Source: Thalassobaculaceae bacterium | GTDB lineage: Bacteria; Pseudomonadota; Alphaproteobacteria; Thalassobaculales; Thalassobaculaceae | Assembly: GCA_965213935.1 (NCBI GenBank) | Contig: CBDCAO010000009.1 | Location: forward strand, 43,536-107,535 | Reading direction: 5' to 3' | DNA: 64,000 nt | Shown: positions 56,860 to 64,000 of the stretch, piece by piece | Position numbering within the stretch: position 1 is the first letter of the stretch | Layout of the letters: each line of letters starts with the position of its first letter | Position numbers and translations under genes: made by a program | Notes under the pieces: model-generated | The model's database searches: none | Told to the model about the DNA's origin: nothing | What the model saw: only the letters and a program-made list of their open reading frames with translations

Positions 56860-58856
56860 GTAGAGTCGAGGGGAGGCGCGCCCTGCCGTAGGCCCGAGGG
56901 AGTAGCTGTTGCCGGCCGCTTTCGCTCGACGCCGGTGCCTCAGTCTCAGCCATAGCCGCGTTTCCTCACCCCCGCTCGTCGAACCGGGCGTGCGGTTTTC
57001 CCGCACCCAGCTCTCAGTCGGGATCATGCCTTCGCCCACGGAAAGGTCTTTGTTGTCCGCTCAAGCTGTCTCAGACCGAAGTCATCTCGCAGTCTGGCAT
57101 CCGGGAAGCGCACATATTGCCCGGACTTCACCTTGTGCTTGTGACAAAGCCACCGTCGCAGCCGCCGGATCGTATGTCGGTTGATGGACTTGTAGGCCGG
57201 TGAGACCTGACCCAGGGTGAAGTAGTTCGCCCATCCGGAGATCATCCGGTTGAGTTCGGCCACTTTCGCCCCGGTGTCCATCCAGACGGACTTGCGGTCC
57301 GTCTTCTTGCTGATCCGGTGGCAGATGTCCTGGACGTTTGCCTTGCTCGGGCGAGTGCCGACATAGCGGCTGCCGTCGGTCCGGCGCCAGTTCCAGCCGA
57401 TGCGGTATCCGAGGAACTCGAACGGTTCCTCGGGGCATCGAAGACATCGGGTCTTGCGGGCGTTGACCGGCAGCTTCAGCACTCCCATGATCCGTTTGAC
57501 CGCCGCCAGCATCTCTGCCGCCGGTGCCTTTCCGAGTACACAAAAGTCATCCGCGTAATTCACGATCTCCGCCCCGAACCGGCGGGCGTATCCGTTGAGT
57601 TTCCAGCCAAGGATGAAGCGACGCATGTAGATGGAGCTCAACAGCGGGCTCACCGGTGACCCCTGAGGGGTTCCCTTGCGCTCCCGCCGTGCCCGGTTCG
57701 TGCGGCGTGTGCCGCCGTCCCCGTCGTCCTCTTCCACCGGCGCTTCCAGCCACGCCTTGATGAGCCCCAGGAGCCGTCCGTCGCTGACGCGCCGGGCGAT
57801 GCTCTTCAGGAGTTCGGCGTGCGGAATTTCGCCGAAATAGTTCGAGAGGTCGGCGTCAACCACCTCGTGGTGCCCCCGTGACAGCAGGCCATGAATGCGG
57901 TTAACCGCATCCTTCGCACTGCGGCCCGGCCGGTAGGCATACTGTTCCGGTTGCAGGTCCGCCTCGAAGATCGGCTCCAGCACAAGCATGGCCGATGTCT
58001 GCGCAACCCGGTCCTTCAGGCACGGAATGCCCAAGGGCCGGAACTTCCCCGGTTCCTTCTTCGGGATCAGGACCTGACGCACCGCTTGCGGTGTGTAGGT
58101 CCCGTCCCTCAGTTCCCGCGACAGGTCCCCAAGCCAGTCTCCCACTCCCGCCTTCTCGATGTCCGCAAGTGTCTCGCCGTCGACACCCGCCGACCCGCCA
58201 TTGCGGCGGACCCGCGTCCAGGCCTCCAGCAGAAAGTCCTCGCGCCACACCTTGTCGATCAGGGCGTGAAAGCGCCGGTCAGGTTCTTCCTTCGCTTTCT
58301 CATGCAGTGTGTGCTGGAGTTTCCGAACCCTCTGTGCCCCTGTTAGACCTTCGCCAGTAGGCATGCCTTGCTTCCTTTCCACACAACTCCCGACTCAGGG
58401 CCCCTTCCCTCGACCGGCGTTACCCGGCGTCTCCAGTATTACGGGCCCATCCGCCACCCTGACGGCCCGGCCTGTCCCTCGCGGGCTTCCGGTTGGTGCG
58501 TGCCACACCACCATCAGGGCTTCCCGTGTTGCTGCGTTTTCCATCTTCCGTGCATGTCGGCGCCATTACCCCGGTGGAAACGCCCCGGTGCGCGTGTCGC
58601 TTGCTTCCCGGTGCGCCGTCGGCCTTCCCCAGAAATCTGGTGGGTCGGCTTCCACATGAGCCGTTTCGAGGCCTGCTCAGCGTTCACTCACGTTCCGACC
58701 TGCATGGTCGCTGAGCTGCCCAAGGCAGCCCTTCTCTCCGCGGTGCTTCAAACCATGTCGTTGCCTCCATGATCCGCCGCGGCTGCTACCAACCGAAGCG
58801 ACAACTGTTGGGCGGGGTTCGCACCCGCAAGGAAAACGCGCCTTTCCACGGCGCAC
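56860..58856 (-). mobile_element. group II intron, apparently complete (1997 nt) with intron-encoded RT/maturase
   Basis: The 5' end is GTGCGCC at 58856. Canonical domain V GAGCTGGGTGCGGGAAAACCGCACGCCCGGTTC lies at 56981-57013, 10 nt after the RT stop. The 3' end is ...CCTCGACTCTAC, with an A seven nt from the end as branch-point candidate. The boundaries are independently fixed by the in-frame restoration of IS66 tnpA. Confidence 0.85.
57024..58382 (-). CDS. group II intron reverse transcriptase/maturase (no endonuclease domain evident)
   Basis: RT motifs are GVDGETL, RQVLIPKKEPGKFRPLGIPCLKDRVAQ, TPQGSPVSPLLSSIYM and NYADDF (YADD). The maturase X motif is ISGWANYF. The protein ends about 60 aa later, without CxxC pairs. 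The start may be the MPTGEG Met. Confidence 0.9.
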   Translation of the reverse strand: MERKQGMPTGEGLTGAQRVRKLQHTLHEKAKEEPDRRFHALIDKVWREDFLLEAWTRVRRNGGSAGVDGETLADIEKAGVGDWLGDLSRELRDGTYTPQAVRQVLIPKKEPGKFRPLGIPCLKDRVAQTSAMLVLEPIFEADLQPEQYAYRPGRSAKDAVNRIHGLLSRGHHEVVDADLSNYFGEIPHAELLKSIARRVSDGRLLGLIKAWLEAPVEEDDGDGGTRRTNRARRERKGTPQGSPVSPLLSSIYMRRFILGWKLNGYARRFGAEIVNYADDFCVLGKAPAAEMLAAVKRIMGVLKLPVNARKTRCLRCPEEPFEFLGYRIGWNWRRTDGSRYVGTRPSKANVQDICHRISKKTDRKSVWMDTGAKVAELNRMISGWANYFTLGQVSPAYKSINRHTIRRLRRWLCHKHKVKSGQYVRFPDARLRDDFGLRQLERTTKTFPWAKA

Positions 58857-59075
58857 AGATTTCGAGGGCTGGGTCGGCACCCAGTCCAGCTTCTGCGAGG
58901 CACGCGGCGTGTCGTTGAAGACGTTCCAGAACTGGCGCCGGCGTTTGGGTCTGGTGACGCGGAACGGGGGAGCCGGGCGCGGTGGCTTCGTCGAACTCGC
59001 GGTCTCGTCCGATCCGGGCTGGGATGTCGAGCTTTCGCTCGGCGATGGTGTGGTGCTTCGGGTGCGGCGAACCTG

Positions 59076-59420
59076 ATGCTGGGGGGCTGGCCGTCAGGCG
59101 GCATCTGGCTGTCGACGGCGCCGACGGACATGCGCTGCAGCTTCGACGGTCTGTGCGCGCTGGTCTCGAGCCATCTTGGTGAGAACCCGGCACGTGGTCG
59201 CTGGTATGTGTTCGTGAACCGGCGGCGCACGATGGTGAAGGTTCTCGGGTTCGAGTACGGCGGGTTCTTCATCTGGTCCAAGCGCCTGGAGCAGGGCCTG
59301 TTCGCCTCGCCGCGGGTTCCGGTTCCCGGGCAGGTATCGGTGTCACTCACCTCGCGGAGCGGCCTCCACCGCGCTCCAGCCTGTCGGGGTCCTTTCGGTT
59401 GCAAGGCCGGCGCTATCGGG
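59076..59420 (+). CDS. tnpB: IS66 accessory protein TnpB (orf2), C-terminus probably disrupted
   Basis: IWLSTAPTDMRCSFDGLCALVSSHLGENPARGRWYVFVNRRRTMVKVLGFEYGGFFIWSKRLEQGLF matches the IS66 Orf2 family. The last ~25 codons no longer resemble the family consensus. Confidence 0.7.
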
Positions 59421-59433
59421 CGTGCGAGACATG

Positions 59434-61014
59434 CTACTCCGGGCTCGAATAGGGGTTGAACTCTGCTTCGAGCTTGGACATCAGGAAAAAGGTTTCCTCC
59501 ACCGCATTGGTGACAAGCAGGATATTTGTCAGTTCCAGCTGCAGCAGGGACGAGTCCAGTTCCACATAGCGGGCGCGCATCTTGCGCATCTGGGCACGCC
59601 GGTCCCCGATGAGCTGCGTTGCCATAGTCCAGGAGCTCTCGTCGCCGGCCTCCATGGCGTCATTCACCGCCAGGAACACGAAGTCCACCCCCTCGCAGAT
59701 ATCGTCGCGAAACTTCTCCAGTCCCGGCCGGTTGTTCAGGTCCAGCAAGGCCTTGCACATGCCACCCACCGCACTTTCCATCCAGAACAGCAGTTTCAGG
59801 CGGCTTATCATCGCATTGCGGCTTTCCATGTCCTGCATGGAGCTGGATGCATGCAGTTCGTCCAGAAAGTGCCCGATCTCGTTGAGCACATTCCGGCACG
59901 CATCCTGGGTCGGTACCAGGTCCTCGCCTTGCCGCACAACGTCGAAATATTTCGAAAAGATCCCGAACGCGCGCTTCTGTTCCAGATCGACCAGCATCGC
60001 CGAGGAGTCCAGATCCACCGACGCATGGTCGTAAATGAAATGCGCCTTGGACAGCTCGTCGACGGGTGATACCGGCCAGAACCGTTCGAAAAGCCGGGTC
60101 GTCGGATCGAGCAACAGGAGCAGCACCGGAAGCAGGGCCAGGGAGCCGATCAGGTAGACAAACGCCAATTGCTGTTCCAGCTCGAACGGGAGGGCTAAAA
60201 CCAGGGCCCTGACGACCGGCACATCGAAATAGAGTTCAACGTAAAACAGGGGGATCATCACGACGCAGATCACAACGTTCAGATACACCAGGTACATGGA
60301 GACTTGGCGGGACTGGCCGGTCAGGTTCGCCGACAGGATGTACATGACGGCGCTCGACCCGATGAAGGTGCCGTAAATGACCATTATGGCCTGGTCTATG
60401 GTGAGGATCCCGACAGCGGAAAGGCTGATACCGAATACGGATACCGTGCTTGAAGACTGCACGGCGGCTGTCAGCCCGGTCGCGATCAGGAACGCAAGAA
60501 GCGGCGAAGTCCCGGCCCCCGCCATCATATCCCGGAACCAGGGCTGGTCGGCCAGCGGTGCTGCTGCTTCCTTCAGCAGGGTCAGCCCGAAAACAACCAA
60601 GGCGCCGCCGAGGAGCGCCGCCGCGACTCGGCGGTATTTCGACAGGGACTTGCTGGCCATGCAAAGGCCGGAAAGGCCGAGCACGAACAGCGCCACTATC
60701 CTGACATCGAAGGTGACGAGCAGAACGAGAAGCGTCACGCCGCCGCCGCCGCCGAGAATGAGTGCGAACGCACTCTTCGTTGTAATCATCCCCGAGCGCA
60801 GCAAGCTGACCACGATAAAGGCCAGTCCGGTCATGCTCTGGGTGGCGCCGCCGGCGATCCCGCCCCACAAGAAGGCGCTCAGGGGATGCCCTGTCAGGCG
60901 CTGCGCGGTTCGGCGCAGCCGCCGGCTCGCCAGTTTCTTCAGGTTCTCCGTAAGGAACCACATTCCGACGACAAAAAGTCCGAGCCCCCCAACCACACCG
61001 GCAAAATGTTCCAC
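59434..61014 (-). CDS. Na/Pi cotransporter family protein
   Basis: 526 aa. The N-terminal half is polytopic (GLGLFVVGMWFLTENLKKL, QSMTGLAFIVVSL, and a duplicated QSSSTVS repeat), followed by a PhoU-like C-terminal half. Confidence 0.75.
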   Translation of the reverse strand: MEHFAGVVGGLGLFVVGMWFLTENLKKLASRRLRRTAQRLTGHPLSAFLWGGIAGGATQSMTGLAFIVVSLLRSGMITTKSAFALILGGGGGVTLLVLLVTFDVRIVALFVLGLSGLCMASKSLSKYRRVAAALLGGALVVFGLTLLKEAAAPLADQPWFRDMMAGAGTSPLLAFLIATGLTAAVQSSSTVSVFGISLSAVGILTIDQAIMVIYGTFIGSSAVMYILSANLTGQSRQVSMYLVYLNVVICVVMIPLFYVELYFDVPVVRALVLALPFELEQQLAFVYLIGSLALLPVLLLLLDPTTRLFERFWPVSPVDELSKAHFIYDHASVDLDSSAMLVDLEQKRAFGIFSKYFDVVRQGEDLVPTQDACRNVLNEIGHFLDELHASSSMQDMESRNAMISRLKLLFWMESAVGGMCKALLDLNNRPGLEKFRDDICEGVDFVFLAVNDAMEAGDESSWTMATQLIGDRRAQMRKMRARYVELDSSLLQLELTNILLVTNAVEETFFLMSKLEAEFNPYSSPE

Positions 61015-61198
61015 AAATTTGCACTCCCCCCAAATCGGACCCCCTGCTTACGACGGATGATCAGGTTGCTGCAACGGATGACAGGTCGCCGTGCCATCGG
61101 GGCATGGGAGACGCCTGGAACAGTGTCTGGCCGCGCACGTCCAGGCGGTCGCCCGGAACGCATGTCATCGCCGATACCGCGGTCCGAACCAAATGGCT

Positions 61199-61775
61199 TC
61201 AATTCCGGGCGAGAGCTGCGGCGGCCGAGCCAGAGACGGCTCCGGCGATCCACCTTGTCCCATCCCCGAGGATCGCGACTTCCCGGTACGACCGGTCAGG
61301 ATCGGTATTGTCGAAGAACAGGGTCACGTCTGCCCGCGCCATCGCTGCCGGCAGCTTGGCGTGCGAACGCACGAACCGCCGCCTTGCGTCGGCTTCCGGG
61401 ACATCATGGCCGCCGAGCGCGACACGGTTGCGAATGCGGTCGAGCGCCCGGTCGGGCGAACCAACGGACACATAGTCCGGAACGATCCGCCAGCCAGCCC
61501 GATGCGTGGACACCATGTGGTGGAGGATGCCGGAACCGGCAAGCGTGGTCTGCACCAGATGCGATCGGTTGGCGGCAAGCGCATCCCGCCTCCGGCGAAG
61601 GGCCTCGCGCGCCGCGTGCGCAGGGCTGCCCGACGTCCAGGTTGCGCGCAATGGCATCGGGGTCGATGATTTCGAGCCGCCTGAAGCTATTCATGCGTGT
61701 CAAGGTGGAGTTGCCGCAGCCGTTCGGGCCGGCAACTACAAGGAGGGTCGGCGCGCGCGGATGCGGGCGGGTCAG
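61199..61775 (-). pseudogene. zeta-toxin/COG4185-type P-loop kinase gene, decayed
   Basis: The N-terminus PTLLVVAGPNGCGNSTL (Walker A with Asn where Lys is expected)...IIDPDAIARNL is in one frame. SPAHAAREALRRRRDALAANRSHLVQTTLAGSG...RVALGGHDVPEADARRRF is in another. The span is 577 nt, one base too many, probably in the GGG at about 61640. The only start candidate is CTG in a CTGA overlap. Confidence 0.6.
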
Positions 61776-62207
61776 GCGGTCTTCCGCTCGGACGGACTGA
61801 GCACCCGGTCCCCGTCCATGGTCCGTGCGACATAGGCGCCGTCCAAACGGACGCCGTAGAGCGTGCCGCCGGTCCGGTCCTGGAGCAGCTTCCGGTGAAT
61901 CGCCACCGCCACCCGCTCGGCAGCCTGGCAGAGCGTCGCGTCGTCGAGTTGGACCTAGCGGTTGGTTGTACTGACCCGCCGATGGCCGCGACTGCAATCG
62001 CGTGGACCATCGTCCCTCGTCGGCGCGCTGCTGGCTGCGGTGTGGAAACGTGAACCTGTGCGGGGAGTGAACCGAAATACCGGATTGCGCCAGGACGCAT
62101 GTGCAGGCAGGTAGACAGCCTGGTCCTGCCCCACCTGTCGGCCGGTTACGTAACTTTATGACAACACGCAAGTTTTTTGGAATTTGCGACGACAGGCCAT
62201 AAAGCAC

Positions 62208-62297
62208 TGGCGGATGGGGTGGGATTCGAACCCACGAGACGCGCAAACGCCTGCTGGTTTTCAAGACCAGTGCCTTCAACCGCTCGGCCACCCATCC
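62208..62297 (-). tRNA. tRNA-Ser (anticodon TGA)
   Basis: Minus strand GGATGGGTGGCCGAGCGGTTGAAGGCACTGGTCTTGAAAACCAGCAGGCGTTTGCGCGTCTCGTGGGTTCGAATCCCACCCCATCCGCCA. It has a long variable arm, a CT-TGA-AA loop and encoded CCA. Confidence 0.95.
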
Positions 62298-62484
62298 GGA
62301 ATGTCTGCTCCCATTAGGCAATCGCACGGAATGGTTCAAGGGGCTCATCGGGACCGGATTGCCGGCGGGGCGGAGAACGTGCCCGAACGGCCGCTGCGAA
62401 CACCGTCAGCGCGTCTACAACATCTTGCCGAAAGTCCCCCGTGTGCTTACAGTATGTTGTGATAGTTGACAGGGTCGGATCGGA

Positions 62485-63453
62485 ATGCTCAGAAAACTCC
62501 TGCTGGGGACGGTGATGGCCGCAGGACTGGGAATGTACGCTGCCGAGGCGAGCGAACCGTTCTCTGCATGGCTCGACGGAGTCCGGACCGAAGCGCTTGA
62601 ACGGGGCATGCGCACCGAAACCCTTGACGCGGCGTTCGCGGACCTGGAACCGTTGCCCCGTGTCATCGAGCTCGACCGGAACCAGCCCGAATTCACGCTC
62701 ACCTTCCGGCAGTACCTCGACCGGGTAGTCAGCGACCGCCGGGTGCGGAAGGGACGCGAGCTTCTCGAGCGCCATGCGGCGCTGCTCGGGAAGGTCTCCG
62801 ATGCCTACAGGGTACCGTCACGCTTCATCGTCGCACTGTGGGGCATCGAGACCGACTTCGGCCGCATCACCGGGGGGTTTCCCGTGATCGCCGCGCTCGC
62901 AACCCTCGCCCATGACGGGCGGCGCAGCGCCTTCTTTCGCAGGGAACTGATGCTGGCGCTCGAGATCATCGACCAGGGGCACATCGCTGCCGACGACATG
63001 ATCGGCTCCTGGGCAGGCGCCATGGGCCAGAACCAGTTCATGCCGTCCAGTTTCCATGCCTACGCAGTCGATCATGACGGCGACGGAGAGAAGAACATCT
63101 GGGGCTCGCTTCCCGACATTTTCGCGTCCACAGCCAACTACCTGTCGCGCGCCGGCTGGTCCGACGACACGACATGGGGGCGCCCGGTCCGGCTTCCGAC
63201 CGGGTTTCCCGGCGAACACATCGGACGGGCGGTGGTCAAGGGACTGGCCGACTGGCAGCGCCTCGGGGTTCGCAAGGCGGACGGCACGGATCTCCCCGAT
63301 CGCAACCTTCCGGCCTCGGTCGTGACCCCGCAGTCAGGCAGCCGGGATCCGGCCTTCATGGTCTACGGGAACTTCGAGGTGATCCTGAAATGGAACCGAT
63401 CGGAGTACTTCGCCATTGCCGTCGGAACCCTGGCCGACCGGCTCGGCAGGTAG
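62485..63453 (+). CDS. lytic murein transglycosylase (MltB family)
   Basis: It has a signal peptide. Motifs are ALWGIETDFGRITG (catalytic Glu) and GSWAGAMGQNQFMPSSF. Confidence 0.85.
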   Translation: MLRKLLLGTVMAAGLGMYAAEASEPFSAWLDGVRTEALERGMRTETLDAAFADLEPLPRVIELDRNQPEFTLTFRQYLDRVVSDRRVRKGRELLERHAALLGKVSDAYRVPSRFIVALWGIETDFGRITGGFPVIAALATLAHDGRRSAFFRRELMLALEIIDQGHIAADDMIGSWAGAMGQNQFMPSSFHAYAVDHDGDGEKNIWGSLPDIFASTANYLSRAGWSDDTTWGRPVRLPTGFPGEHIGRAVVKGLADWQRLGVRKADGTDLPDRNLPASVVTPQSGSRDPAFMVYGNFEVILKWNRSEYFAIAVGTLADRLGR

Positions 63454-63473
63454 TGCGGGCATACCGACACACG

Positions 63474-64000
63474 ATGCGACCGGCCGCAGTCCTGAAACTG
63501 GTCCTGTTGCCTGCGCTTGCCCTGGTACAGACGGCGTGCCTGCTCGACCCGGACATCGTGCCCCCGCCCCCCCCACCATCGCCGCCGGCACCGGTAGTAG
63601 CGGCCACCACTTCCTGGGTTGTTGGTGATTCCTATCAGATCGGCGGGATCTGGTACTATCCGACGGTACCGGACAGTTACAATCGCACCGGAATCGCGAG
63701 CCGGCTGGACGTCACCCACGGCGTGACCGCGAACGGCGAACCCCGAGATGCGAACAGCCTCGCCGCCGCCCATCGTATCCTGCCGTTGCCAAGCGTGGTT
63801 CGGGTCGAAAACCTGGAAAACGGCCGGGCCGTCATCGTCCGGGTCAACGACCGAGGGCCGCAGAACCCGGGACGTCTCATCGCACTCACACCGCGCGCGG
63901 CATCCGATCTCGGCATGGCCGGGGAGGGGAGTACGGCCCGGGTGAGGGTCCGCCTTCTGCGTGACGAAAGCCGTCATGCCGGACTGGCGGCCCGGTCCGG
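63474..64000 (+). CDS. rlpA: septal ring lytic transglycosylase RlpA-family lipoprotein (3' end outside window)
   Basis: The ATG at 63474 gives MRPAAVLKLVLLPALALVQTAC (lipobox-like). A Pro-rich linker is followed by the DPBB domain TANGEPRDANSLAAAHRILPLPSVVRVENLENGRAVIVRVNDRGP. The frame is open to the window end. Confidence 0.8.
   Translation, partial: MRPAAVLKLVLLPALALVQTACLLDPDIVPPPPPPSPPAPVVAATTSWVVGDSYQIGGIWYYPTVPDSYNRTGIASRLDVTHGVTANGEPRDANSLAAAHRILPLPSVVRVENLENGRAVIVRVNDRGPQNPGRLIALTPRAASDLGMAGEGSTARVRVRLLRDESRHAGLAARS

Larger units (their letters stand above)
56777..59076 (+). pseudogene. tnpA: IS66 accessory gene tnpA (orf1), interrupted by a group II intron in antisense orientation
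   Basis: Joining 56777-56859 to 58857-59076 restores one in-frame 100-codon ORF: MRDDLSAAPGAVPARMYRGEAEWRGLMT|DFEGWVGTQSSFCEARGVSLKTFQNWRRRLG...VVLRVRRT. It has a GGAGG RBS and ends in a TGATG overlap with tnpB. Confidence 0.8.
56678..59430 (+). mobile_element. IS66-family element remnant (left end, tnpA, tnpB present; main transposase and right end missing)
   Basis: It begins with GTAAGCG, the characteristic IS66 terminal sequence. It contains tnpA (split by the intron) and tnpB in a TGATG overlap. No third ORF follows: the Na/Pi transporter gene abuts at 59434, so the right boundary is approximate. Confidence 0.7.

Noticed and set aside
61404-62348. 314-aa minus-strand ORF
   Set aside because: It reads straight through tRNA-Ser and intergenic DNA. 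Only its last ~45 codons, the P-loop region of the decayed zeta-like gene, are meaningful.
63363-63977. 204-aa minus-strand ORF
   Set aside because: It is antisense to the rlpA-family gene, whose DPBB motifs are clear on the plus strand.

Overview
This is a high-GC bacterial chromosomal segment. Gene content and synteny look alphaproteobacterial: valS, dksA-recA-alaS, rpmF, tRNA-Asn/Cys and tRNA-Ser. That placement is an inference from motifs and gene order, since no database search was possible. Most of the window is ordinary core or catabolic DNA. It holds SDR, LLM-flavin, GMC and FAD oxidoreductases, a Rieske ring-hydroxylating dioxygenase pair, and a molybdopterin hydroxylase large subunit. 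It also holds a MoxR/VWA cluster, an acyl-CoA carboxylase alpha subunit, a sugar ABC transporter next to xylB, and an ArsR-ArsI pair.

Two accessory patches stand out. Patch 1 (about 4.65-8.75 kb) ends at tRNA-Asn/tRNA-Cys. It holds a decayed HNH-endonuclease-family gene, an overlapping two-gene cassette (130 aa + 466 aa) that I cannot assign to any named system, and a stranded C-terminal stub of a cysteine desulfurase. It also holds a HigBA module with a frameshifted toxin, and about 450 bp of unexplained, probably structured, non-coding DNA. The large cassette protein ends in an ImmA/IrrE-like module whose HExxH motif is lost. This cassette is my best candidate for an undescribed defence or addiction system.

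Patch 2 (about 51.5-59.4 kb, continuing with decayed cargo up to tRNA-Ser at 62.2 kb) is a mobile-element graveyard. It holds an IS5-family element, an orphan IS21 istB and a DUF3991/Toprim gene. It also holds a decayed Abi-alpha plus MmeI-like methyltransferase pair and an intact RelE/XRE toxin-antitoxin pair. An ISAs1 transposase fragment there is cut by an IS66 element. That IS66 tnpA gene is in turn split by a complete group II intron whose boundaries can be placed to the base.

A short decayed copy of the same intron's 3' end sits in a 1-kb non-coding gap upstream of dksA. No CRISPR array or rRNA was seen. All homology calls come from motif recognition by eye and need database confirmation.
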